Assembly (NCBI RefSeq): GCF_057098645.1
Contig: NZ_CM169472.1
Strand: one strand, 5' to 3'
DNA length: 64,000 bases
Shown here: piece by piece, positions 22,571 through 32,325 of the stretch
How the letters are laid out: each line of letters begins with the position of its first letter
Numbering within the stretch: position 1 is the stretch's first letter
The notes under the pieces: model-generated
The model's database searches: none
Told to the model about the DNA's origin: nothing
Seen by the model: the letters and a program-made list of their open reading frames with translations, nothing else
Program-made: the position numbers and the translations under genes

Positions 22571-23017
22571 ATGCACGACTCACTAACTATTGCGTTGCTC
22601 CAGGCGCGAGAAGCGGCGATGAGTTATTTTCGCCCAATCGTTAAACGGCATAATTTGACTGAGCAACAGTGGCGCATCGTGCGTATTCTGGCGGAAAGCC
22701 CATCAATGGATTTTCACGATCTGGCGTATCGCGCCTGCATTTTGCGCCCAAGCCTGACCGGGATCCTCACGCGGATGGAACGCGACGGTTTAGTGTTGCG
22801 ATTAAAGCCGATCAATGATCAGCGGAAGCTCTATATCTCGCTAACCAAAGAGGGGCAGGCGCTGTATAACCGCGCCCAGACACAGATTGAAGAAGCCTAT
22901 CGGCAGATTGAAGCTCAGTTTACTGCCGAGAAAATGCAACAGTTAACCCATCTGTTAGAGGAATTTATTGCTCTGGGCAATTCCCGACAAGAAGACATCC
23001 CGGGCGATAATGAATAA
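22571..23017 (+). CDS. hpaR: MarR-family repressor of the hpa meta-cleavage operon
   Basis: Translation from MHDSLTIALLQAREAAMSYFRPIVKRHNLTEQQWRIVRILAESPSMDFHDLA…; divergent from hpaG. Confidence 0.85.
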   Translation: MHDSLTIALLQAREAAMSYFRPIVKRHNLTEQQWRIVRILAESPSMDFHDLAYRACILRPSLTGILTRMERDGLVLRLKPINDQRKLYISLTKEGQALYNRAQTQIEEAYRQIEAQFTAEKMQQLTHLLEEFIALGNSRQEDIPGDNE

Positions 23018-23135
23018 CTTTTTAGTATCTGATAACCAGCGCCTGGTTTTTCCATGGATGGCGGGTTACACCTTTTCATAAAGTTTTTGCTTTCCAGGCC
23101 GAAAATCTTGCATCGGTCCACAGGAAAGAGAAACC

Positions 23136-24800
23136 ATGTTAAAACGTATCAAGATCGTGACCAGCTTACTGCTGGTTTTGGCCGTTTTTGGCCTTTTACA
23201 ACTGACATCAGGCGGTCTGTTCTTTAATGCCTTAAAGAATGACAAAGAAAATTTCACTGTTTTACAAACCATTCGCCAGCAGCAATCCACGCTGAATGGC
23301 AGCTGGGTCGCGTTGTTGCAGACGCGTAACACCCTCAACCGCGCGGGTATCCGCTACATGATGGATCAGAATAATATTGGTAGCGGTTCAACCGTTGCTG
23401 AGCTGATGCAGAGTGCCAGTATTTCGCTGAAACAGGCGGAAAAAAACTGGGCGGATTACGAAGCGTTGCCGCGTGACCCGCGTCAGAGCACCGCCGCAGC
23501 GGCAGAGATCAAACGTAATTACGATATTTATCACAATGCGCTGGCGGAGCTGATCCAACTGTTAGGTGCAGGCAAAATCAACGAGTTCTTTGATCAGCCA
23601 ACCCAGGGATATCAGGACGGTTTCGAGAAGCAGTATGTGGCTTACATGGAGCAAAACGATCGGCTCTATGATATCGCCGTCAGCGATAACAATGCCTCCT
23701 ACAGCCAGGCGATGTGGATTCTGGTGGGCGTGATGATCGTCGTACTGGCGGTCATCTTCGCCGTCTGGTTCGGTATTAAAGCCTCGCTGGTAGCGCCAAT
23801 GAATCGTCTGATTGACAGCATTCGTCATATTGCAGGCGGCGATCTGGTGAAACCAATTGAGGTGGATGGCTCTAATGAGATGGGGCAACTGGCAGAGAGT
23901 TTGCGCCATATGCAGGGAGAGCTGATGCGTACCGTCGGTGATGTGCGCAACGGGGCCAATGCCATTTATAGCGGTGCCAGCGAAATCGCCACCGGCAATA
24001 ACGATCTCTCTTCGCGCACCGAGCAACAGGCCGCTTCGCTGGAAGAGACGGCAGCCAGCATGGAGCAACTGACCGCAACGGTGAAACAGAACGCCGAGAA
24101 TGCGCGCCAGGCCAGCCACCTGGCGTTAAGTGCTTCTGAAACGGCGCAACGCGGCGGCAAAGTGGTAGATAACGTGGTGCAGACTATGCGTGATATCTCC
24201 ACCAGTTCGCAGAAAATCGCCGATATTATCAGCGTAATTGACGGCATTGCCTTCCAGACCAATATTCTGGCTTTGAACGCGGCGGTTGAAGCAGCGCGTG
24301 CGGGTGAGCAAGGACGTGGTTTTGCGGTGGTTGCGGGAGAAGTGCGTAATCTGGCCCAGCGTAGCGCTCAGGCGGCTCGTGAAATTAAAAGCCTGATTGA
24401 AGACTCGGTGGGGAAAGTGGATGTTGGCTCTACGCTGGTCGAAAGCGCCGGGGAAACAATGGCGGAGATTGTCAGTGCCGTGACCCGCGTGACGGACATT
24501 ATGGGCGAAATAGCTTCTGCTTCTGATGAGCAGAGCCGTGGTATCGATCAGGTTGGCTTAGCGGTTGCTGAGATGGACCGGGTAACTCAACAGAACGCCG
24601 CGCTGGTGGAAGAATCTGCCGCCGCCGCCGCCGCGCTGGAAGAGCAGGCCAGTCGCCTGACCGAAGCTGTGGCAGTGTTCCGGATTCAGCAACAGCAGCA
24701 ACAGCAGCGTGAAACATCGGCTGTGGTAAAAACCGTGACGCCAGCTGCGCTGCGTAAAATGGCCGTGGCAGATAGCGGGGAGAACTGGGAAACGTTTTAA
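23136..24800 (+). CDS. tsr: Methyl-accepting chemotaxis protein I (serine chemoreceptor), C-terminal NWETF
   Basis: 554-aa [83 protein letters not shown]…ENWETF. Confidence 0.9.
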   Translation: MLKRIKIVTSLLLVLAVFGLLQLTSGGLFFNALKNDKENFTVLQTIRQQQSTLNGSWVALLQTRNTLNRAGIRYMMDQNNIGSGSTVAELMQSASISLKQAEKNWADYEALPRDPRQSTAAAAEIKRNYDIYHNALAELIQLLGAGKINEFFDQPTQGYQDGFEKQYVAYMEQNDRLYDIAVSDNNASYSQAMWILVGVMIVVLAVIFAVWFGIKASLVAPMNRLIDSIRHIAGGDLVKPIEVDGSNEMGQLAESLRHMQGELMRTVGDVRNGANAIYSGASEIATGNNDLSSRTEQQAASLEETAASMEQLTATVKQNAENARQASHLALSASETAQRGGKVVDNVVQTMRDISTSSQKIADIISVIDGIAFQTNILALNAAVEAARAGEQGRGFAVVAGEVRNLAQRSAQAAREIKSLIEDSVGKVDVGSTLVESAGETMAEIVSAVTRVTDIMGEIASASDEQSRGIDQVGLAVAEMDRVTQQNAALVEESAAAAAALEEQASRLTEAVAVFRIQQQQQQQRETSAVVKTVTPAALRKMAVADSGENWETF

Positions 24801-24808
24801 CGCAATGA

Positions 24809-24838
24809 CGCCGGATGAGTATTTCATCCGGCGTTTTT
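24809..24838 (+). terminator. Rho-independent terminator after tsr (bidirectional with the convergent TRAP operon)
   Basis: cgccggatgagtatttcatccggcg hairpin followed by TTTTTATTATT. Confidence 0.6.
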
Positions 24839-24842
24839 ATTA

Positions 24843-26114
24843 TTAAACCAGGAACAGTGAAATCGCCGGGATATATGTCACCAGCATTAGCATTAATAGT
24901 AGAGCCGCCAGTAGAGGCAGGGATTGTTTAAAGAAATTTCCCACCGAAACTTGCGTGATGTTACATACCAGCAGCATCACGGTACCTACCGGTGGCGTGA
25001 ATGCGCCAATCGACAGGTTGAAGATCATGATGATGCCAAAATGCACCGGATCGATGCCAAAGTGTTCGACCACCGGTTTTAATAGTGGTACCAGGATCAG
25101 CAAAATGGCGTTTCCTTCCAGAAACATCCCCAGCGTCAGCAGCAATATGTTGATAATTAACAGGAACATATATTTATTTTCGGTCAGCGAAGTCACAAAA
25201 TTCGCCACTGCGACACCAGCATGTTCCATTGAGAAAATCCATCCCAACGCGGCGCTGGCCATGATTACCAGCATCACCGATGCGGTTGCGCGTGCCGTTT
25301 CGCCCAATGCTTTGACGACATGAGAAATCCGCATTTCACGATAGATAAAAAAGCCAATCGCCAGCACGATTAGCACCGCTGCTGCACCTGCTTCTGTTGG
25401 GGTGAAAATGTTAGCGCGAATACCACCCACCACAGCAAAAATGAGGAACAGCGCAGGCCAGGCCTGCCCCAGCGAGAACACCACCTCTTTGCCCGTAGGC
25501 CAGCTTTCACGCGAGGGTTTAGCGTTAGTTTTGCGGGCGACCAGGTAGACGGTAAACATCAGGACGACTGCGCATAGCAAACCAGGTACCAGACCGGCGA
25601 TAAACATTTTTCCGATAGAGACGTCGGCAACCAGACCGTAAATAATCAGGGCTATTCCCGGCGGTATGATCGGGGTGACTAACGAGCCACCAGCGGTAAT
25701 GGCGGCGGCAAATGCGCGATTGTAGCCTTTACGCTCCATCTCCGGCACCATCATGCGCGACAGCATCGCCGCGTCAGCAAGGTTAGAGGCGCTGACGCCG
25801 CCCATCATGGTGCTGACGAGAATGTTTGCCACGCCAAGTCCGCCGCGCATTTTCCCCACCAGAACGTTGGCAATGTGCAGGATGCGTTCGGCAATGCCGG
25901 TGTAGCTCATTAGTGTGCCGAGCAAGATAAAAAACGGAATTGCCAGCAATGATGGGCTTTGCGTTGGCGCGATCAGTCTTTGCACGGCAATTTCAATCGG
26001 TACGCTGGAGAAGAATAAAAAGTAAGCGATGATGCCAATAAACATCGCCAGATAGACCCGAATGTTGAGAAACAAACAGACGATCATTAGCGGAATAATC
26101 AATAACCAACTCAT
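24843..26114 (-). CDS. TRAP transporter large permease (DctM family)
   Basis: 423-aa polytopic ORF with DctM-family signature segments (…LLAIPFFILLGTLMSYTGIAERI…, …PIIPPGIALIIYG…). Confidence 0.8.
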   Translation of the reverse strand: MSWLLIIPLMIVCLFLNIRVYLAMFIGIIAYFLFFSSVPIEIAVQRLIAPTQSPSLLAIPFFILLGTLMSYTGIAERILHIANVLVGKMRGGLGVANILVSTMMGGVSASNLADAAMLSRMMVPEMERKGYNRAFAAAITAGGSLVTPIIPPGIALIIYGLVADVSIGKMFIAGLVPGLLCAVVLMFTVYLVARKTNAKPSRESWPTGKEVVFSLGQAWPALFLIFAVVGGIRANIFTPTEAGAAAVLIVLAIGFFIYREMRISHVVKALGETARATASVMLVIMASAALGWIFSMEHAGVAVANFVTSLTENKYMFLLIINILLLTLGMFLEGNAILLILVPLLKPVVEHFGIDPVHFGIIMIFNLSIGAFTPPVGTVMLLVCNITQVSVGNFFKQSLPLLAALLLMLMLVTYIPAISLFLV

Positions 26115-26584
26115 TGCATTTTTTCTCCGCTATCGGATTGTTTTATATCGTGTATTAACCAGTAGAGGGTATAAATAGCCGTTGCCAGTGCGCCGACAGG
26201 GACCGCCAGATCGATCCAGAACCAGGAAACCTTCAGAATTTGTGTCACTTTAAACTGCGCCATTTCGGCTAGTCGGTAGCCCAGCCAGGCCATATACAGC
26301 AGCAGTGTGATGGAGAGAACGGCGACCAGTACTGCAATAACACGCCTGTGTTTGCCTGGAAGCATCTCCATCAGGAAGGGAATGGTCAGGTGCGCCCTGT
26401 CACGTTCCGCCACCACTCCACCTAACATCACCACCCAAATCATCAGCATTCCCGACATTTCTTCTGTCCATTGAAGCGGTTGGCCGATGAAATAACGCAT
26501 AAATACCGCTCCAATTGTCATCACAACCAGAACGAATAGCGCAAAGGCAGCACTAAATTCTGCCACTTTGCCAAAAAGACGCAT
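26111..26584 (-). CDS. TRAP transporter small permease (DctQ family)
   Basis: 157-aa 4-TM ORF overlapping the DctM start by 4 nt (translational coupling). Confidence 0.7.
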   Translation of the reverse strand: MRLFGKVAEFSAAFALFVLVVMTIGAVFMRYFIGQPLQWTEEMSGMLMIWVVMLGGVVAERDRAHLTIPFLMEMLPGKHRRVIAVLVAVLSITLLLYMAWLGYRLAEMAQFKVTQILKVSWFWIDLAVPVGALATAIYTLYWLIHDIKQSDSGEKMQ

Positions 26585-26647
26585 GAAACCTCCTGTTAGT
26601 GCGTGTCCTGCCTAAGAGAGATGAGGCAGGACGCTGAGCATTAATGC

Positions 26648-27619
26648 TTATTGCAGTTGCTGTTGAATGGTTTCGTACAGACCTGGTGTCCATTCCGGGA
26701 ATTGAGAGTAAACTTCGCGTGCTTTCTTCTGGAATGGTCCAGTATCGGGATAGATCACTTCGACGCCCGCTGCCTGCATGGTTTTCAACATTTCGGCATC
26801 ACGCTCAAGAGTGAGTTTCTGGCTATAGACACCCGCTTCATAGCCGGTCTGGTGGATCATCTCCAGTTGTTCTGGTGAAAGGGTGCTAAAGAAGGCTTCA
26901 CTACCTATCCATACTGAGGTATTTGTCAGGTAGTTAACCATTGTCAGATATCTTGCCTGCTCATACAGTTTTTGCCCTTGCAGCACTGAAATTGGGTTTT
27001 CTACGCCGTCAATGACGCCCTGGGTTAATGCGGGATAAACTTCGCCTAATGGCATGGGAGTTGGTGTTGCCCCCATCGCCTGAATGGCTTTTATTTGCAT
27101 GACGTTATTAGGAACGCGAATTTTTAAGCCTGCGAGATCGTCAACGGTGCGAATGGGTTTTTTCGAAATAATCTGTCGAGTGCCATAGAGATAATTATTC
27201 ATTACCACATGAATTCCCTTTTTCTTCAGACTTTCATTTTTTTGTTTAAACCAGTCGCTTTCATATATTTTGAACAGTTTTTGTGGATCGTCAGTCAGAT
27301 ACGGTCCAAACAAAATACCCAAATCGGGTTCATAATCGGCAAGAAAGGCCACATCACTCAAGGTTATGACATTCATGCCCATCATGGCTTGCTCGGTGAC
27401 ATCCTGTTTTGAGCCCAATTGGGAACTTGGATAGAGCGCAAGTGTTATTTCGCCATTACTTTTTTTATTTAATAGGTCTGCCCAGTAACGCATGACCACA
27501 TCCAGGGGTTCTCCAGGGTTATTTTCATAGGCAACTTTTATCGAAATAGGTTTTGCCTGGATTATTGACGGTAAAAAAAGGGTACTGACAGTAATTAGCA
27601 TCGCTATTATTTTGCTCAT
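26648..27619 (-). CDS. TRAP transporter periplasmic substrate-binding protein (DctP family)
   Basis: 323-aa ORF with N-terminal signal peptide MSKIIAMLITVSTLFLPSIIQA; AT-rich relative to flanks. Confidence 0.8.
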   Translation of the reverse strand: MSKIIAMLITVSTLFLPSIIQAKPISIKVAYENNPGEPLDVVMRYWADLLNKKSNGEITLALYPSSQLGSKQDVTEQAMMGMNVITLSDVAFLADYEPDLGILFGPYLTDDPQKLFKIYESDWFKQKNESLKKKGIHVVMNNYLYGTRQIISKKPIRTVDDLAGLKIRVPNNVMQIKAIQAMGATPTPMPLGEVYPALTQGVIDGVENPISVLQGQKLYEQARYLTMVNYLTNTSVWIGSEAFFSTLSPEQLEMIHQTGYEAGVYSQKLTLERDAEMLKTMQAAGVEVIYPDTGPFQKKAREVYSQFPEWTPGLYETIQQQLQ

Positions 27620-28298
27620 CTTTACTTACTCCATGCTAAGGAAATAAAACTCCAACATTGTTGTCGGGAGTGAAACCTTATGAAAAAGCAGTCATTACTG
27701 AAAAGTAGTCAGCGAATAGCGGAATGGCTGCAGATGTGTCATAAATTCGTGCACCGGGTAATACTTTGCTGCTTTTAATCGGTTTTTAATGCATTTTTTG
27801 ATTGTATATCTTAAAGTTATGTAATGCATGACGTTACAAGGAACACCCTCTGATGAGTTTAGTTACCGCTGATAAGATCTCTTATTCGGTTGATGATTTA
27901 TTAAAAATAAAATCATTAATTTGGCTGTGGCTATTTTTACAGATAAAAACTAAGTGTTGACGCAGAATGGTGGTATCCATTAAATTTATTTAGTGCTGAT
28001 TTAATACATTTGCTGAACGTATAATTCATGCTGACGTTAAAAGAAAGCCGTCATTCACTAAATAACTTGTTCGGCAAGGAGATCAAAGAGTAACGGATGA
28101 TTCGTTACAACGGTTAAAGGTAGTAAATATTCACGTGATGAATTTGTTATCAACTGGAAAACTCATCTCACTGGTTTCCTCCTGAGCATGTGAGTGAACG
28201 TTGTGATTAATGATTAACGTTAAGTGCTAACCAGGGCGCTTTTATGAAGTTAAATTAATAATATCCATTATTTATGAATGAGGAAGCCTGTTTATTAT

Positions 28299-29951
28299 AT
28301 GGAAATATTTTTAACAATTTTAATTCTTACGTTGGTAGTATCATTAACCAGCGTGCTTACGCGTCTGTCTCCTGTTCAGATACCACTTCCTTTAATCCAG
28401 ATTGCCGCTGGCGCTTTACTGGCCCAACCCATATTTGGTCTGCATGTGGAATTCAATCCTGAACTTTTTCTCTTATTGTTTATACCCCCCTTGTTGTTTG
28501 CTGAAAGCTCAAAAATACAACCTAAAGAATTGATCAAGCACAGTCGGGAAATTGTCAGCCTGGCGCTTGTGTTGGTGCTAATCACTATTTTTGGTGTCGG
28601 CTATGTGATTCATTTACTCTTACCGAATGTGCCGCTCATCGCTGCTTTCGCATTAGCCGCCGTGTTGTCGCCTACCGATGCCGTGGCGTTGCTGGGGATT
28701 GTCGGGAAAGGGCGTATCAGCAAAAACATCCAGGAAGTGCTCGAAGGCGAAGCGTTGATGAATGATGCTTCCGGCCTGGTGGCGTTGAAATTTGCTGTTG
28801 CAGTGACGATGGGAACGATGGAATTCAGCGTTCATGGCGCAACCATTGCGTTTTTTGTCGTTGCGTTGGGTGGTATTGCCGTGGGGATCGCTGTTACCTG
28901 GTTATATGGCAAAGGGCTGCTGTTGATCAGTCGATATGCTCACGATGAACCTTCCATTCAGATTGTATTGATGCTTCTGTTGCCGTTTATTGTTTATCTG
29001 GTTGCGGAACATTTTGGCTTATCTGGCATTCTTGCCGCTGTCGCCGCGGGGTTAACAACCAGTCGCATTGGCGTAGTCCACCACGCGCCTATCCGCCTGA
29101 GAATTAAAGCTAAAAGTAGCTGGTCGATGCTTGAATATGTCTTTAACGGCATGGTGTTTCTGATTTTAGGCTTACAACTGCCGGGCATTATTTCGGAATC
29201 ACTGATCCGTGCAGAAAACGATCCACTGGTAGACACCGGATCGCTGCTCCTTGATGTCATTTGGATCTACCTGGCGTTAATGGTTGTGCGCCTGGGCTGG
29301 CTTTGGCTGATGCGTCTGTATAGCCGTAAACGACCCGGCAAACATCCGATGCTGTTTGCTGGATATAAAACGCGTCATATGCTGCTGGCGACCTTTGCGG
29401 GGGGGCGCGGAGCCATCACGCTTGCGGGGGTGCTTTCTATCCCGTTATTGCTGCCGGATGGCACACCTTTTCCCGGGCGTTACTTACTGGTATTTCTCGC
29501 CACAGGTGTGATCCTCTTTTCGCTGGTTTGCGGCATTATTATTCTGCCGTTACTACTGGGGAAAAATGTGGGCATTTTCAGCGATAACCGGCAAAAAGAA
29601 GAGGAAGCTGCCGATCTGTTTATGGCCAAAATGGCCATACTCAGTGTGCAAAAGACTGAGCAACGTTTGCTACGCACCAGTACAGAAAACCTCGACAACG
29701 AGTTGATTATGGAAACAGGGGCCAGAGTTATCGGTTATATGCGGCGTAGCGAAGATGATATGTCGGAAAATGATAATTCTTTACATATGCAGCGCGCGAA
29801 GTTGGAAAGAACATTTAATCTGGCAGCGTTAAATGCCAGGCGTGCGGCTATTTACCAGATGCGTGCACGGCAAGAAGTCAGTGATGAAACACTGGCAAAA
29901 ATAGTCAGTGAATTAGATGTGCTGGAAACGTTAATCATGGATAGCCGATAA
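28299..29951 (+). CDS. CPA1-family Na+/H+ exchanger, YjcE-like
   Basis: ORF 28278..29951; translation from MEIFLTILILTLVVSLTSVLTRLSPVQIPLPLIQIAAGALLAQPIFGLHVEFNPELF… resembles YjcE; C-terminal cytoplasmic tail. Confidence 0.75.
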   Translation: MEIFLTILILTLVVSLTSVLTRLSPVQIPLPLIQIAAGALLAQPIFGLHVEFNPELFLLLFIPPLLFAESSKIQPKELIKHSREIVSLALVLVLITIFGVGYVIHLLLPNVPLIAAFALAAVLSPTDAVALLGIVGKGRISKNIQEVLEGEALMNDASGLVALKFAVAVTMGTMEFSVHGATIAFFVVALGGIAVGIAVTWLYGKGLLLISRYAHDEPSIQIVLMLLLPFIVYLVAEHFGLSGILAAVAAGLTTSRIGVVHHAPIRLRIKAKSSWSMLEYVFNGMVFLILGLQLPGIISESLIRAENDPLVDTGSLLLDVIWIYLALMVVRLGWLWLMRLYSRKRPGKHPMLFAGYKTRHMLLATFAGGRGAITLAGVLSIPLLLPDGTPFPGRYLLVFLATGVILFSLVCGIIILPLLLGKNVGIFSDNRQKEEEAADLFMAKMAILSVQKTEQRLLRTSTENLDNELIMETGARVIGYMRRSEDDMSENDNSLHMQRAKLERTFNLAALNARRAAIYQMRARQEVSDETLAKIVSELDVLETLIMDSR

Positions 29952-30121
29952 TTTTATCGCTGCCAGTAATAGGGAGTTAAATGATGGCTGAGAGTAATAC
30001 TTCCAGCATCGTTTATTCCCTATGTATTTCCTTATGGGCAGAACAATCGCCTGAATTAATACTGCATTAATACAACATAGTGATATAAACCAAGAATCAA
30101 TGTTTTTAATCTGTACTTAAT

Positions 30122-31027
30122 TTATCGGTGATGTTGCCTGATGGAACGAATCATTGATTGTTTGGCGGTATCCAGATGGTTTCGCAACGCCGTTATTGCA
30201 TCTAAATCGCTACGGCAAATCAGGGCGCTGAGAATGGTCATATGCTCATCAACAGCAATGATATTGCGCTGCTTGAGATCGCTTTCATCCCATTGATAGT
30301 GAAAATGAAAGATCACCGAGATAATTTCAAGTGATTGATTAAAAAAGATGTTGTCAGCAGCGGATAACAGCATGGCATGAAAATCACGGTCTAATTGAGA
30401 AAACATCCGAAAGTTGCTGCCAATGCTGTCGCGCAATGTCCTGTGACGTTCGAGCATGGTTTTCGCCTGCAACCAGCGGGGATCGTCATCGGGAAGGTTG
30501 AGAAAGTGTTGCAGGGAATGTGTTTCGAGCATTTCGCGTAGCTCAAACAGCTGCTCGGCGTAGGATTGATCGAACTGCTTCATGCTCCACTGGCCGCGCT
30601 TTTCGCTTTGAATAAGATTATAACGACCGAATTTCAAAAGATATTCTCGCACCACTACCGGACTGACGCCTGCCGCTCGCGCCAGCTGAAGTTCGGAAAA
30701 GCTTTCTCCGGCGCGTAACTGACGCAGGTTAATCATGGTGAAAAATGCCTGCTCGAAAAGACGGTTTTGCTCTTTCAGCGAGGCCGTGATGCAATCAAAT
30801 CCATCGTTCTGTTCGGGTTTGCGGGCGATAACATAATTTTTCCCCACCAGGGTGAGCACGCCACATGCGCTTAAATGCTGGAGTATGTGGCGTACCGTAG
30901 TGCGACTGATGTTATACATTTCTGCCAGCCCGCTTTGTGAAGGCAGCGGAGAAGGAATATTGCCCCTCGCCATATCTTCAATTACCTGATTTATGACGTT
31001 ATGACGTAAATTCTGCGAACGACTCAT
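30122..31027 (-). CDS. lgoR: GntR-family regulator of L-galactonate catabolism LgoR (YjjM)
   Basis: 301-aa ORF MSRSQNLRHNVINQVIEDMARGNIPSPLPSQSGLAEMYNISRTTVRHILQHLSACGVL…. Confidence 0.8.
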   Translation of the reverse strand: MSRSQNLRHNVINQVIEDMARGNIPSPLPSQSGLAEMYNISRTTVRHILQHLSACGVLTLVGKNYVIARKPEQNDGFDCITASLKEQNRLFEQAFFTMINLRQLRAGESFSELQLARAAGVSPVVVREYLLKFGRYNLIQSEKRGQWSMKQFDQSYAEQLFELREMLETHSLQHFLNLPDDDPRWLQAKTMLERHRTLRDSIGSNFRMFSQLDRDFHAMLLSAADNIFFNQSLEIISVIFHFHYQWDESDLKQRNIIAVDEHMTILSALICRSDLDAITALRNHLDTAKQSMIRSIRQHHR

Positions 31028-31165
31028 TCTTCCCTCCAGTTCGGCATTAAAAACCGATTTAAAACATTTTTATGCGTGATCATCCGCATATTTTATGGGT
31101 AAATTCAGGCGCTCTTATAAATTCGACGATATCTGAAAGTCATAAAATAAAAGGAGCGGTGAATC

Positions 31166-32188
31166 ATGTCCACAATGAAAGTATTAATTTGTCAGGAAAT
31201 AAAGAATTTAGTATGGGAAGTCCGGGAAAGACCGGTGCCAGGCGATAATGAAGCATTAATAAAAATTAAAACTGTCGGGATTTGCGGTACAGATATTCAT
31301 GCCTGGGCGGGCAATCAACCATTTTTTAGTTATCCACGCGTTTTAGGCCATGAAATATGTGGGGAGATTATTGAATCAGGAAAAAACATTCACAATTTTA
31401 ATATCGGACAGCAAGTTGCGGTAATTCCGTATATTTCTTGTCAGCAATGCCCGGCGTGTAAAAGCGGGCGTACAAATTGCTGTGAAAAAATTTCAGTCAT
31501 TGGCGTGCATCAGGATGGCGGTTTTAGTGAGTATTTGAACGTGCCGGTGGCGAACATTTTGCCCGCAGACGGTATTGACCCGCAGGCGGCCGCATTGATT
31601 GAACCTTTCGCTATTAGCGCTCATGCGGTGCGTCGCGCAGCCATTGCTCCCGGCGAGCAGGTGCTGGTGGTCGGGGCGGGGCCAATCGGTCTGGGCGCGG
31701 CGGCAATCGCTAAAGCCGATGGCGCACAGGTGGTGGTGGCGGATACCAGTCCGGCGCGCCGTGAACATGTGGCAACGCGTCTGGAGTTGCCCGTGCTGGA
31801 CCCGTCAGCCGAAGATTTTGACGCGCAGCTGCGGGCGCAGTTTGGTGGTTCGCTGGCGCAGAAAGTGATCGACGCGACAGGTAATCAACATGCGATGAAT
31901 AACACCGTGAATCTGATTCGTCACGGCGGCACGGTGGTATTTGTCGGCCTGTTTAAAGGTGAGTTGCAGTTCTCCGATCCGGAATTCCATAAAAAAGAAA
32001 CGACGATGATGGGCAGCCGCAACGCCACGCCGGAAGATTTTGCTAAAGTCGGTCGACTGATGGCGGAAGGAAAAATCACTGCTGACATGATGTTAACCCA
32101 TCGCTATCCGTTCGCCACGCTGGCAGAAACCTACGAGCGCGATGTGATTAACAATCGTGAGTTAATTAAAGGCGTAATTACTTTCTGA
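31166..32188 (+). CDS. lgoD: L-galactonate 5-dehydrogenase (Zn-dependent MDR family) LgoD (YjjN)
   Basis: 340-aa ORF with GHEICGEI zinc motif and GAGPIGLGAAAIAKADGA Rossmann motif. Confidence 0.85.
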   Translation: MSTMKVLICQEIKNLVWEVRERPVPGDNEALIKIKTVGICGTDIHAWAGNQPFFSYPRVLGHEICGEIIESGKNIHNFNIGQQVAVIPYISCQQCPACKSGRTNCCEKISVIGVHQDGGFSEYLNVPVANILPADGIDPQAAALIEPFAISAHAVRRAAIAPGEQVLVVGAGPIGLGAAAIAKADGAQVVVADTSPARREHVATRLELPVLDPSAEDFDAQLRAQFGGSLAQKVIDATGNQHAMNNTVNLIRHGGTVVFVGLFKGELQFSDPEFHKKETTMMGSRNATPEDFAKVGRLMAEGKITADMMLTHRYPFATLAETYERDVINNRELIKGVITF

Positions 32189-32325
32189 TAAGGCGAGATT
32201 ATTAAAGTTGCCATGCAGCGTCCGGGGAAGTGTTGGGCGCTGTTTTTTTTGTTTCTTAATAATGTGTTGTAAGCCGGAGAAGGTGTGTAGGTCGCACCCT
32301 ATGCGACCTACATATCAGTCAGGAA

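Noticed and set aside
32290-32314. gtaggtcgcaccctatgcgacctac palindrome between lgoD and opgB
   Set aside because: Perfect stem-loop but lacks a U-run on either strand; more likely a REP-like element than a terminator. The lgoD terminator is more plausibly the weaker hairpin plus T8 run near 32225..32255.
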